This document shows positions 26,937 through 37,067 of a stretch of DNA of 64,000 nt, piece by piece; the first letter of the stretch is position 1; the number at the start of each line of letters is the position of its first letter. The position numbers and the translations under genes are program-made. The stretch lies in the IMG/VR virus record IMGVR_UViG_3300047320_000210, positions 1-64,000 of that record. One strand, written 5' to 3'. This DNA comes from a virus. Under the pieces are notes generated by a model that worked only from the letters and a program-made list of their open reading frames with translations, did no database searches and was not told where the DNA came from.

Positions 26937-27473
26937 ATGTCGTTGTTCCGCCAAAGCAAGCCGAAGGTCACGCTGCTGTTCAAGGAAGTCCTTGGCGAAA
27001 TCATCGAAACCCAGCCCGACCTGCCCCTTGGGGTGGCCATCGAACTGGCGGCCGAACAAGCCAAGCTCCCCTGCCCCGATTTGGAGGCGATGGCCCGGCG
27101 CCTGATGGAAGACGCCGCACCGCCGCCCGAGGAAAAGCCGTCCCAGCCCGGCCCGAAAGGCAATGGCTACGGCGCGAACTGGAGCACCTGGTTAAACGGC
27201 CTGAAGACCGACCAGCTGTGCTTGTGGCTGTCCGACTACGACGCGCAACGGGCGCAGCACTTGTACTGCGAGGTCGAGATGGACCTCGTCAAGGCAATGA
27301 TCGAACTGAAGACCGCCCACATCTGGCAAGACCTGCGCACCCGCTTTGAAGCCTGTCTGCTCGGCTTCGGCGGCAAGTTGGGCAGTCAGGACACCACCGT
27401 CCATGACATCGACATGACCGACAAGCAGTCGGTGGACTCGATGATCGACATCATGAAAAAACTGGGGTTCTAA
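26937..27473 (+). CDS. Probable tail assembly chaperone
   Basis: GGAGG RBS, between tube and tape measure genes. Confidence 0.55.
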   Translation: MSLFRQSKPKVTLLFKEVLGEIIETQPDLPLGVAIELAAEQAKLPCPDLEAMARRLMEDAAPPPEEKPSQPGPKGNGYGANWSTWLNGLKTDQLCLWLSDYDAQRAQHLYCEVEMDLVKAMIELKTAHIWQDLRTRFEACLLGFGGKLGSQDTTVHDIDMTDKQSVDSMIDIMKKLGF

Positions 27474-27476
27474 GCC

Positions 27477-30400
27477 ATGGCCGCCGAGTTCATCATTGAG
27501 ACGCTGTTGCAGGTGGGCCTCGACCTCAAGGGCGATGACCTAGCCGCCCTGAAGAAAAAGCTGTCCGCTATAGAAGTCACCGTCGACGTCGACATGAAAA
27601 AGGTCAAGGCGCAGACCGACGAGCTGACGAAGACGTTCAAGAAGCTGCAGGGTGACCGCAGCCTGCTCGAACGCGCGGCGACCAAAGGCCCTCTGACCAA
27701 GGCGGATAAGGAGAACCTGCCGGCGGCGTTCAACAACCTGAAGGCGTTTCAGGGCCAGTTGAACAAGGTGGTGAACACCCTCAAAAACCTCGGGGACAGT
27801 GAAGGCAAGCCGGTGTCCACGGACTTGGCCTCGCTGCACCGGGTGATCACCGAGCTGGGCGCGACGTCCCGCAACATCGCCCCGCTGATCGACAACGTCA
27901 GCCAGGCGTTCAAGGAAAACTCGAAAGCCATCAGCAAGGCGCAGGCCGATACCGCCAAGTATCAGCGCACCGTGCTGTCCCAGCAGCGCACCGCCGAGAT
28001 CCTTGAACGTGCCCGCCGCACGCGGGCCACGCAAACCCCGGAAGGCCGCAAGGTGTTTCTCAGCGCCGCCCGGGGCAATGCCGAAGCGATCAGCACGGCG
28101 GACAAGGCCAAGCAGGGGCGCAGCTTCGCCGCCTCGGCGGTGACCGCCAGTGAACGTGCCCTGCAGCTGGAACGTGACCGCCCGGTACCCAACCCGCTGG
28201 CCATCCAGCGCGCCGAACGCAAGCTGAATCTGGCGGCGCGGACCTTCAACGACCTCAACGTGCGCGCCAATGATCTGGCAGCGAGTGAGGCGGAAACCAA
28301 GCGCATCGACCGCGAGCAGAAACAGGCGGCGGACAAAGCGGCGCGCCGGGCGCAGACCCGCGAGGCCAAGCAGCAGACCCTCGAACGCAACGTGCGCGCC
28401 GAGGTGGCGAAAAGCCCCGAAGGGCAGAAAGCCTATTTCGCGGCCGAGCGTGGCAAAACCTCGTCGGTCCTCACCGCCAAGGACGCCAGCGCGGGGGTCG
28501 CGTTTGCCAACAAGGAGCTGGTAGCGCGCAAGGAAGTCCACCGCCTGACCCAGGAAATCTTCGACAAGGACTCGGAGGAAGTCCGCCGCGCGCTGCGCGA
28601 CGTGGAAGCCGCCGGCACGGCCTACCACCGCCTGACCCAGCGGGTCCAGGAACTGGCGGAAGTCGAGAACCTGCGCAAAACCAACAAACGCAAGGCCGAC
28701 AAACTGGAGCGTGACGAAGCCTCGATCGCCCTTGACCGGACCAACCGGGGCCGCCAGCAGCGGGTCGGGCGCAGCGCGCTGGAACGCGCCGGCGGGGTCG
28801 ATGCCGACGCCTCGGCCTTCGGCGACGTCGAGGCGGCGAAGAAAGCCCAGACCTTCGTCAAAGGTGAACTGGGCGACCTGGTCAAGCTGCAGAAGGCCTA
28901 CGGCAATACCTTCGGCTTTACCAGCGATCAGGCCAAACGCGCAACCGTCGAGGTCGAGCGCTACCAGGAGTTCCTGCGCAAGCTGGAAGGTCGTATCCAG
29001 TCGCTGGGCGCGACCGCGCAGACCCAAGAGCAGATCAACAAGCACGCCGAAGCGGTGCGCACCTCGGAAGAACGCCGCCGCAACAACGCCCTGAAGCTGG
29101 CCAACGGCAAACAGTTGCTGGAGGAAGCCAACGGGGATTTCAGCGGCCACACCGACCGCCGCGCCCTGCAGCGCGCCAGAACCTTTGCCAACGCCGAGCT
29201 GAACCAGCTGCGCGCGCAACAAGAGTCGGCGGCGCGCACCGTAGGGGTTAGCACTGGCGAGTTCGACACGGCGCGCAAGGCAGGTGACGAGTACGCCAAG
29301 ACCATCGCCCTGATCGACCAGCGCCTCGACCACCTGGCGACCACCGTGCGCGGCATGCCGAGGCTGAACACCTTCGGCAGCTCGCAGGCGCATGCCGAAG
29401 GCAAGCGGATTTATGAAACCGCCTCGCTGAGCGGCGGCGGGGTGGCGAGCCTTGAAGGGTCTGAAGCGAAAAAGGCGCTGGGGTACTTGCGAGCCCGGCA
29501 GGCCGAGCAGGTCACGTATGGCAAGCAGCTGGAAAAACTGGGCGGTAACAACAAGGAAGCGTTGAACGCGGCCGGTGACGCCTCGCGCAAGTTCGCCGCT
29601 GATCTGGACATCCTGACCGCCGCAGCCAAACCCGCCGGTGCCGGCCTCAACCTGCTGCAACAAACCCTGCGCTCGTTCCTCAAGTACGCCATTGGCTACG
29701 GCTCGCTGTACGGGCTGGTCGCCGTCTTCACCGCGCTGGGGAAATCGCTGATCGACCTGCAAACCGAGCTGCTGGATATTCAGGCGGTCACGGGGTCGAC
29801 CGATGCGCAGATGGGCAAGCTGACCAGTACCATTTCGGACGTGGCCCGCACCAGTAAGTTCTCCTTGCTGGACCTGACCAAGGCGACCAAGGTCCTCGCG
29901 CAGGCCGGTATCTCGGTCGAGGAACTGAACACCTCGCTGCAGGCCACCGCCAACTTTGCGGCGGCCACTGGGGCCAACCTTGAGGTGGCGGCGGATCTGC
30001 TGTCGACCACGCGCTCGGTGTTCAAGGATCTGTCGGACGACACGATCAGCAACCAGCTGGCCAAAGCGATCAACATTTCCAAGCTGACCGCCGAGGATCT
30101 GAAGACCATCCTGTCCTTGGGCGCGCAGACCGCCAAGAGCTTTAACCTGACCTCAGAGCAGTTCCTGGCCGCCGTGGCCACGCTGAGAAATGCCGGCTTG
30201 AAACAAAGCACGGCGGCGACGGGACTTCGGCAAGGCATGCTGGAAATCTTCAGCCCTGACGCCAAGCTGATCAAGGCGCTGCAAGCGCGCTACCGCGACC
30301 TCGGTGAGAACATGGGCGCCGAAGCGGTGCGCGCCCGCTTCTTCGCGTTCAGCCGTGGCCGGTCGCCGCTGATTGCCGCCCTGACCGAACTGAAACGCCT

Positions 30401-33400
30401 GGGCTTCAACGATGAGGGGGCGATGGACCTCTCGCGCGCCTTCGACATCCGTTCGACGAACGCCATCAAGGCGATGATTTCGAACCTGGAGGAACTGGCC
30501 GCCAACGAAGGCAAGATCACCTTCGGCCGCGCTGCGGCAGAAGGCGCCGCCACCACCATCGAAGGGTTGAACGCCAGTTTTACCCGCCTGATCTCGACCA
30601 TTACCAGCTTCACCTACAACCGCAGTGAAGGCCTGCTGGGCTACTTCGCCGATGTGTTCCAGGGCCTCGACAACGCCATCCAGAAGCTGGATGAGTGGGA
30701 CCTCAAGCGCCGCTCGATGGGCGAGGTGTCGCTGTCGGGACCCAACAGCCTTTTCGGTTCGATTGACTCGGCGGTTAACCCGTTCGCCGCGCCGCGCAAC
30801 TACTTCAAAAACAAGATCGGGGAAATGTTCTCCAGCGGGCCAACCCCCGAAGAAGCGGTGGATCAGGCCAACTCCGGCGCCCAAGGCTTGTCGCGGAAAC
30901 GGTTGGAATTCCAACAATTCGAAGACTCGGCGCGCAACACGGACATCCGCCTGGCCAAACTCGGCGAGACCGTAGGCAGCGCAGGCGACGGGCTGGTCAA
31001 GATCGAGAAGGTGTCCGACGACCTGAACCTGACCATTGCCCGGGTGTTCGGCCCGGGGCTGGAGGACCAGCGCCAGCAGCTGGTGAAGCTGGCGCAGAGC
31101 TACAGCAACCTGACCATCAGCGAACGTGAAGTTCGCATCGACGAGCTGATTAAGAAGTACCCGAAACTAAAAGAGATCGACCCTGTCCAGCTGGACCGCA
31201 GCTTGGCCTCCATCGCCGGCATGGGCACGGCGGTGGACGGCTACCTCAAAGGGCAGGCCGACAGCCTGTCGAACGAACTGGCGAAAGCCCACGAAACGCT
31301 GGAAAAGCTGGCACTAAAGGACAAGAAACCCACATCCCCGAAAGAGATCGAGGCGGTGGTCACTGAAGAAGTGGCCCTTCGATTCCCTGAACTGATGGAC
31401 ATCATGCGCGGCGACAGCAAGCTCGTGGCTGGCCAGCAGATCACCATCATGCAAATGGCCTCGCAGGCGTTCTCCGACCTGATGCGGTCCAAGGGTGGCG
31501 GCGGGTTCCTAGAGAATGAGGCCAAGCTACAGGCCGAAGCCCTGCTGCAGAAAATCAAGGCGATCTCGCTGACCCGCCCCCCGGCCACTGCCGGGGTGGA
31601 CATCCGGCAGGCGGTGCAGTCGCTGGAAAAGGAAAACGAAAAGCTCGGCAAAAACGCCGTCAGCCGCATGCAGCAGATCAAGGAATTCCTGATCCAGGCG
31701 GCGGACAAGCTGGACCCGGGGGCCAACAAGACCCTCGTGGGAGCTGGGGTCCAGGAGATCACCAAAGGGCAGGAAATCACCGGCGCCAAGTCGGTGGCCG
31801 AGATTGACGCACGGGTCGCGGTCAACAACGAACTGTTTGAGAAGGTTCGCACCAACCCGGATTTCCGCACCAACCTGTTGCAGATGCCGGACACCACGGT
31901 GGGCCGGGAGAAGGCGCTGTCCTACACGGCGCCGGGTAGCCAAGGCATCCCGATGGAGGATGTGCTGAATGGCACGGATGCCTACAAGGATTTCTTGGCG
32001 CTGGCCAAGACGTTTAACGACACCTACCTGAAACAGGCCGAAGTCCGCAAGGCCTATAAAAAGGAGCTGGATCAAGGCCGGGCGCTGGGCGATGCGGTGG
32101 AAAAAGCCACCACCCAGTACAACGACGACCGCACCAACAAGCAGTTCCCCGCCGCCCGCGACTCGCTGAACGCCAAGATCAACGCGCAGATCGCGGTGGA
32201 GAATGAAAACCTCGCCGAGGCGGAACGCCAGCGCGTGGCCAACTTGTCGAACACCGACATCGACAAAGACAAGACCATTCTCAAGAACGAGCTGGACGCC
32301 AAAGCACGGGTTGCCAAGCTGGAGATCGAGCGCGCCAAAGAACTGGAGCAGATCAACCGCGAAGAGAAGAAGGTCAACCTCAAACGCACCGAGGGTGAAC
32401 TGCAGGGCCGCGAGAAACGCCTGCTGGGCGTGCTGGACAACGCCACCAACGCGACCCCACAGGGGGTCATCGACGACACCATTGCCGAGCTGAATGATGT
32501 CCGCGAACAGTTGAAGGTGGCGTTCCGTGAGCGCATCAAGCTGCAAGGGACGGAGAACGACCTCTCGGAAGCCGAGATCGCCGAGCGGGAGAAGGCGCTC
32601 GACCAGTACCAGAAACAGGTCGGCTTCCTCGAACTGAATTACCGTCGCGAGAAAGGTGCACGCGAAGACCTCGCCTCCCTGCTCGACATCACCATGACCA
32701 CCGGCAATCCGGTGCGGGACGCCGAACTGGAAGACCGTGGGCTGATCCCCGGGAATCGCGGCCGGCGCACCGAGTTCCTGCAGGGACGCATGGGCATCCT
32801 GCAGGAACTCGTCAAATCCAGCAGCAGCGACCTGGGCAAGGCGTCCGCCGACGTAACCCGGCTGCAGGCCGCCTCGGATGCCGACACCGGCAATGCCGAA
32901 CTGAGCAAGTCGTTGCGCTTGGCGAAGGAGTACGAGCGCGACCTGGTGCACGAGACCGCCAACTGGAACCGCGAGCTGGGGCAAACCGGGCTCGCGCTGG
33001 AACGCGTCAGCGGCACCTGGAAAAGCGGGTTCACCAAAGCCTTCGACCCGAACGTCATTTCCCGCGCACTGGAGCAGTCGGAATCCTCCCTGGAGCATTT
33101 CGGCGAGGTCATCAACAGCGAGGTGGTGACCGCGCTGGAAAGTGTCGGGGATGCGTTCGCCGATGCCGCGCTGGAAGGCGAGAGCCTGTCCGGCTCCATC
33201 GAGAAGGTGTTCTCCCAGCTGAAGAAGGAGACTCTGCGCACCCTGATCAAAACCCTGAGCAACGAGACGATCAGCACCCTGACCGGCACGTTGTTTGGTG
33301 CTCAGAACGGCAAAGGCCAGGGGTTCTTCCCGGCGCTGCTGCAGAAATTCGGCCTTGGCGGGGCAGGCACGCCTGCGTCCAAAGCACCGGCCAGTGGCAC

Positions 33401-34190
33401 CACCGCGACCGAGGCGCCCGTCCAGGCCGGCGGCTTCATGGACAGCGTCGTCAGCACGCTGTTTGGCAGCGGCCCCAAGGAAAGCGACACCAAAGACGGC
33501 AGCTGCCTGCCGAAAGAAACCGCCGAGGCGCTGAAGAAAGTCGCCGAAAGCCCGGGCCTCGCCGACACGGCGGCCATCGAAGGCAAGGTGTTTTTCACCT
33601 CGCTCGGCAGCGGGTTCGCCAACCTGCTCGACAACGTCACCAACGGCTTCGGCAAAGTCTTCGGCAACATCGGCGGGCTGTTGGGGCTGGGCAGTTCCAA
33701 GGGCGACGATCAGGCGATTGGCCTGTTCAGTCTGGCCACCAACCTGATGGGTGCGTTCGCCGGGGGTGGCGGCGGGTCGGCCACCTACAAGGGCGCCTAT
33801 GGCTTCGCCGGCGGCGGGATCATCCACGGCCCCGGCTCGGGCACCTCCGACTCGATTCCCACCTATGTCACCGGCGCCGGCGGTCAGGTGTCCGGGCTGC
33901 GGGTTTCCAACGGCGAAGGGATTCTCAACGCCAAGGCCACCGCCGCGCTGGGGCCGGACTTCATCCACGCGGTCAACAGCGGGCGGATGCTCAACGCGCG
34001 TTCCGGGGCCATCGTCACCGACCAGGCCAACCTGTCGCGGTCGACCCCTGCGGCGCCTGCGGCCAGCCAGTCCGGCAACGTGGCCGGCGGTACCAGCGTG
34101 TACCAGGTGCGGGTCGAACCGGCGCAAATGCGCATGCGCATGGGTGATTGGCTGGATCAACAGATCCTCAACGAGAGGGCACGCCGATGA
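27477..34190 (+). CDS. Tail tape measure protein, 2237 aa
   Basis: Long helical Ala-rich ORF, TP901-like central domain, C-terminal GGIIHGPGSGTSDSIP...SNGE motif. Confidence 0.95.
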   Translation: MAAEFIIETLLQVGLDLKGDDLAALKKKLSAIEVTVDVDMKKVKAQTDELTKTFKKLQGDRSLLERAATKGPLTKADKENLPAAFNNLKAFQGQLNKVVNTLKNLGDSEGKPVSTDLASLHRVITELGATSRNIAPLIDNVSQAFKENSKAISKAQADTAKYQRTVLSQQRTAEILERARRTRATQTPEGRKVFLSAARGNAEAISTADKAKQGRSFAASAVTASERALQLERDRPVPNPLAIQRAERKLNLAARTFNDLNVRANDLAASEAETKRIDREQKQAADKAARRAQTREAKQQTLERNVRAEVAKSPEGQKAYFAAERGKTSSVLTAKDASAGVAFANKELVARKEVHRLTQEIFDKDSEEVRRALRDVEAAGTAYHRLTQRVQELAEVENLRKTNKRKADKLERDEASIALDRTNRGRQQRVGRSALERAGGVDADASAFGDVEAAKKAQTFVKGELGDLVKLQKAYGNTFGFTSDQAKRATVEVERYQEFLRKLEGRIQSLGATAQTQEQINKHAEAVRTSEERRRNNALKLANGKQLLEEANGDFSGHTDRRALQRARTFANAELNQLRAQQESAARTVGVSTGEFDTARKAGDEYAKTIALIDQRLDHLATTVRGMPRLNTFGSSQAHAEGKRIYETASLSGGGVASLEGSEAKKALGYLRARQAEQVTYGKQLEKLGGNNKEALNAAGDASRKFAADLDILTAAAKPAGAGLNLLQQTLRSFLKYAIGYGSLYGLVAVFTALGKSLIDLQTELLDIQAVTGSTDAQMGKLTSTISDVARTSKFSLLDLTKATKVLAQAGISVEELNTSLQATANFAAATGANLEVAADLLSTTRSVFKDLSDDTISNQLAKAINISKLTAEDLKTILSLGAQTAKSFNLTSEQFLAAVATLRNAGLKQSTAATGLRQGMLEIFSPDAKLIKALQARYRDLGENMGAEAVRARFFAFSRGRSPLIAALTELKRLGFNDEGAMDLSRAFDIRSTNAIKAMISNLEELAANEGKITFGRAAAEGAATTIEGLNASFTRLISTITSFTYNRSEGLLGYFADVFQGLDNAIQKLDEWDLKRRSMGEVSLSGPNSLFGSIDSAVNPFAAPRNYFKNKIGEMFSSGPTPEEAVDQANSGAQGLSRKRLEFQQFEDSARNTDIRLAKLGETVGSAGDGLVKIEKVSDDLNLTIARVFGPGLEDQRQQLVKLAQSYSNLTISEREVRIDELIKKYPKLKEIDPVQLDRSLASIAGMGTAVDGYLKGQADSLSNELAKAHETLEKLALKDKKPTSPKEIEAVVTEEVALRFPELMDIMRGDSKLVAGQQITIMQMASQAFSDLMRSKGGGGFLENEAKLQAEALLQKIKAISLTRPPATAGVDIRQAVQSLEKENEKLGKNAVSRMQQIKEFLIQAADKLDPGANKTLVGAGVQEITKGQEITGAKSVAEIDARVAVNNELFEKVRTNPDFRTNLLQMPDTTVGREKALSYTAPGSQGIPMEDVLNGTDAYKDFLALAKTFNDTYLKQAEVRKAYKKELDQGRALGDAVEKATTQYNDDRTNKQFPAARDSLNAKINAQIAVENENLAEAERQRVANLSNTDIDKDKTILKNELDAKARVAKLEIERAKELEQINREEKKVNLKRTEGELQGREKRLLGVLDNATNATPQGVIDDTIAELNDVREQLKVAFRERIKLQGTENDLSEAEIAEREKALDQYQKQVGFLELNYRREKGAREDLASLLDITMTTGNPVRDAELEDRGLIPGNRGRRTEFLQGRMGILQELVKSSSSDLGKASADVTRLQAASDADTGNAELSKSLRLAKEYERDLVHETANWNRELGQTGLALERVSGTWKSGFTKAFDPNVISRALEQSESSLEHFGEVINSEVVTALESVGDAFADAALEGESLSGSIEKVFSQLKKETLRTLIKTLSNETISTLTGTLFGAQNGKGQGFFPALLQKFGLGGAGTPASKAPASGTTATEAPVQAGGFMDSVVSTLFGSGPKESDTKDGSCLPKETAEALKKVAESPGLADTAAIEGKVFFTSLGSGFANLLDNVTNGFGKVFGNIGGLLGLGSSKGDDQAIGLFSLATNLMGAFAGGGGGSATYKGAYGFAGGGIIHGPGSGTSDSIPTYVTGAGGQVSGLRVSNGEGILNAKATAALGPDFIHAVNSGRMLNARSGAIVTDQANLSRSTPAAPAASQSGNVAGGTSVYQVRVEPAQMRMRMGDWLDQQILNERARR

Positions 34191-34408
34191 CCCTTCGCGC
34201 CTTGACCGGCACTCAGGTGCCCGTGGACGGCCACTGCTTGCTGGTGTTCACCGGCCCGGCCTACCGCGCGGTGCAGTGGACCCTGAGCGGCCCCGGCACC
34301 CTGACCCTGATCAGCGAGGTCACCGACGCCCAAGGCGTGGCGCTGGCCCGCTACAACCCTGGCAGCGCCGGCGACACGCCGACCGTCAGCGTTCACTACG
34401 TCCCGTGA
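34187..34408 (+). CDS. Small Ig-like tail protein
   Basis: VQWTL...TDAQGVA Big_1-like pattern. Confidence 0.6.
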   Translation: MTLRALTGTQVPVDGHCLLVFTGPAYRAVQWTLSGPGTLTLISEVTDAQGVALARYNPGSAGDTPTVSVHYVP

Positions 34409-34415
34409 GGTGGTT

Positions 34416-34958
34416 ATGGCCCTACTGACTGCAACGACCAACTTCACCATCCTCGACGCCAGCCCGGTGATCGAGAGCATCGCCTTATCGGTGGTCGCGG
34501 CGGCGGCGCCCGGCACCGGCAGGGGCCGGATGATCCACCCGACGCTGGGCTCGTTGGAGTACACGCTGGCCCCTCACGAGTGGACCAACATGGCCGAGGA
34601 CGCGGTGATCGCGCCGATCTGGACCTCGCAGATGACCTTGGCGTCGACGGCCAACACCCTGTGGCCCGGGGTCTTGCGCGACGTGGCCCCCGAGGAACGC
34701 TGGCTGCCCAGCGCTGGCCTGTCGATGCCCTTGGACATGCTCAAGGCCTTGGCCGCGTTCTGGATGAACCCGCCGGACCCGGCGGTGGGCTACATCGAGT
34801 GGCACCCATCTTACGTCACCAGCCTGAAGTTCCAGGTGATCATCACCGCGATCGAGGTCGGCGGTGCGCCCATGACCATGTCACCGCAGACGGTCGGCAC
34901 CGACCTGGTGGAGTACCCGGTGACGGTCAAGCTGCGCATTGTCGGCAGGGTGGCCTGA
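34416..34958 (+). CDS. Probable distal tail protein
   Basis: Synteny after tape measure. Confidence 0.5.
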   Translation: MALLTATTNFTILDASPVIESIALSVVAAAAPGTGRGRMIHPTLGSLEYTLAPHEWTNMAEDAVIAPIWTSQMTLASTANTLWPGVLRDVAPEERWLPSAGLSMPLDMLKALAAFWMNPPDPAVGYIEWHPSYVTSLKFQVIITAIEVGGAPMTMSPQTVGTDLVEYPVTVKLRIVGRVA

Positions 34959-34959
34959 T

Positions 34960-35922
34960 ATGGCCCTGCGTCTGCTGGCTGGGCCGTTCCCGATGAAGGA
35001 CATCGACGGCAACTATGCGCGGATCACCAGTAAGCCAATGTGGTTCGATTCGCTGATGGCCTTGGTCTGCGGGACTAATGTTCACAAGTCTACGGGCGAC
35101 GTGTATAGCTCCGGCACGCTGGTGCAGATTGACGGCTTCACGGGGGTGCGCAACCCCTCGCTGTCGGCCTATGACATCTTTGTCCACGACACGCAGTACA
35201 CCGGTATCGCCCGAGTTTCCAACGGGGGTTTCGTGGTTTCCGCCAATCGCTCGGTCCACCCGGTGACCCTATACCCCGAAGGGGCTGATGTTCCGGACTC
35301 CATCTGGCTGAGCAGCGGCGCCTATTTTCTGGCGGATCGGGTGCTGTTCGGGGCGCTGCGCAGTCGCCTGCACAGCGAGACCGGCTCCGGCACCATCGAG
35401 GCCACGCTGCCGGTCATGGACTACGGCGGCATCGGGGTCAGCTTCAGCCCCGGCCCTGCCGCCGGGACCGTGTTCATCGCGGCGAGGGACGGCGCCGTAC
35501 TGTACGACCACGTCAATCGGGAGGTCGTCGGCTGGCACCGCAAGCTCGGTTTTAGTGCCCAACTTCCGCCGGTCTACTCACCCGCCCTTGGGGTGTGGCT
35601 TGTGGTGCGCACGGAGTACAGCCCCGAGGCCCACGACACCATCAGCGTTTATGCCGATGAGCCCGTGCCCACTTCCCTCTCCGCGCCCGTGGCGCTCGGC
35701 ACCGTGGGCCAAGGCGGTTCGGTCGAGTACCGCGCCCGCCTGCTCGGCGCCAATGGCGAGCCCTGTGCCGGCGTGCTGGTGGATTGGTCCTGCACCACGC
35801 CGGCCGTGGTGCAGATCGCGCAGTCGACCACCGACGCGGACGGCTATGCACGCACCCGGGTGTCCTTGCCGATCGGCAGCACTGGGGCCAACTTCAACCT
35901 CACCGCAGGGGTGCTGCTCTAA
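34960..35922 (+). CDS. Tail protein with C-terminal Ig-like domain
   Basis: VLVDW...STTDADGYA. Confidence 0.65.
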   Translation: MALRLLAGPFPMKDIDGNYARITSKPMWFDSLMALVCGTNVHKSTGDVYSSGTLVQIDGFTGVRNPSLSAYDIFVHDTQYTGIARVSNGGFVVSANRSVHPVTLYPEGADVPDSIWLSSGAYFLADRVLFGALRSRLHSETGSGTIEATLPVMDYGGIGVSFSPGPAAGTVFIAARDGAVLYDHVNREVVGWHRKLGFSAQLPPVYSPALGVWLVVRTEYSPEAHDTISVYADEPVPTSLSAPVALGTVGQGGSVEYRARLLGANGEPCAGVLVDWSCTTPAVVQIAQSTTDADGYARTRVSLPIGSTGANFNLTAGVLL

Positions 35923-37067
35923 TGCCGATCAAACAGGTTTTCGAGTCTGCGAAGGCAACCTACCCGCTGACCACTCGCGACGTACCCCGCACGAGTTTGT
36001 TTCCGCCCGGCGGGGGCATCAGCTACTTCTACGGGCTGAGTCCTACGGTCGACGCCTACCGGATCTACACCATGTACATGGGCTTTTTCCGCGGGCTGTT
36101 CACGATCAAGGACCCCACCTATCCCGGGGAATTCGAAATCCACCTGGTAATGGTGGTGAACCAAGACGAGTGGCCAAGCTGGAGCGTGCAAACCTTCGTG
36201 TGGAATGGTCGCACGGGGGCATTTAAGGGCATGCGTCAGACCGTCACCAGCTTCTTGATCGGCTTCATGTTTTCCGCCCCGGACGGCAGCATTTGGGCCA
36301 CCAGCCTCTACACCGCTGCGCTGATGAAGTTCAACCCGGTGACCTGGTTGAGCACGGATCACCCGGTGCTGCTGACCGACATGGGGGCCAACATCGGCAG
36401 CGGTGGCGCGTTTCCCGGGACCAGTACCTTTGCTGTTGACCCGACCCGAGACGTGGTGATCACCCGTCTGCACAACAATACGTCTTCGCAACTGTCGGTC
36501 TGCCAACTGTCCACCGGCGACTGGCTGCGCACGATCAACGTGGCCGGCAACATCGAGTTCATTTTCATCGCGGAACCGCCAATGGCTTACGCCGTGGAAA
36601 CCACCGGCAACCTGACCGCCTTCAACTACGAAACCGGTGAAGTGACAGGCGTGCTGCACACCGGGTTGGTCAGCGGCGGCTTCAGTTGGGGCGATACCGC
36701 GTTCACTTGGGACCCGTTCATGCGCCGGGTGCTGTTCTGCCACAGAGCCCCCGACACCTTGCCCGATGGCGACTGCAACACGGTGATCAAGGGTTTCTAC
36801 CCGGTGGCGTTGCCGGTTGGTATGACCCCGCCGATCCCCCTGCGCTACCCGCAGAAGGACAAAGTCGTGCCGGTGTTCAACCGGGTGTACGGCGGTGCGG
36901 CGGAAGGGATCGTAGGTCAGGAGCTGACCTACACTCTAGGAGATGAAGCAGCGGCAACCGTGAGCCCGTCCAGGAAGTCGACGGAAAACAACGGAACCGT
37001 GCAAGTCCAACTGGCTGGCGTACTTGCCGGCGCAAATTCCATCACTAGTGAAGTGACGGTACCCTAA
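35922..37067 (+). CDS. Tail protein, beta-propeller-like with Ig-like C-terminus
   Basis: APDGSIW, FAVDP, FTWDP blade-like repeats; STENNGTV. Confidence 0.6.
   Translation: MPIKQVFESAKATYPLTTRDVPRTSLFPPGGGISYFYGLSPTVDAYRIYTMYMGFFRGLFTIKDPTYPGEFEIHLVMVVNQDEWPSWSVQTFVWNGRTGAFKGMRQTVTSFLIGFMFSAPDGSIWATSLYTAALMKFNPVTWLSTDHPVLLTDMGANIGSGGAFPGTSTFAVDPTRDVVITRLHNNTSSQLSVCQLSTGDWLRTINVAGNIEFIFIAEPPMAYAVETTGNLTAFNYETGEVTGVLHTGLVSGGFSWGDTAFTWDPFMRRVLFCHRAPDTLPDGDCNTVIKGFYPVALPVGMTPPIPLRYPQKDKVVPVFNRVYGGAAEGIVGQELTYTLGDEAAATVSPSRKSTENNGTVQVQLAGVLAGANSITSEVTVP

Noticed and set aside
26937-27473. Programmed frameshift in the tail chaperone
   Set aside because: A single ORF spans the tube-to-tape-measure interval and I found no convincing slippery site
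31527-34160. Long antisense ORFs (also 27540..29762, 50227..52809, 56971..59280, 21692..23524)
   Set aside because: Shadow frames of GC-rich genes with clear motifs on the opposite strand
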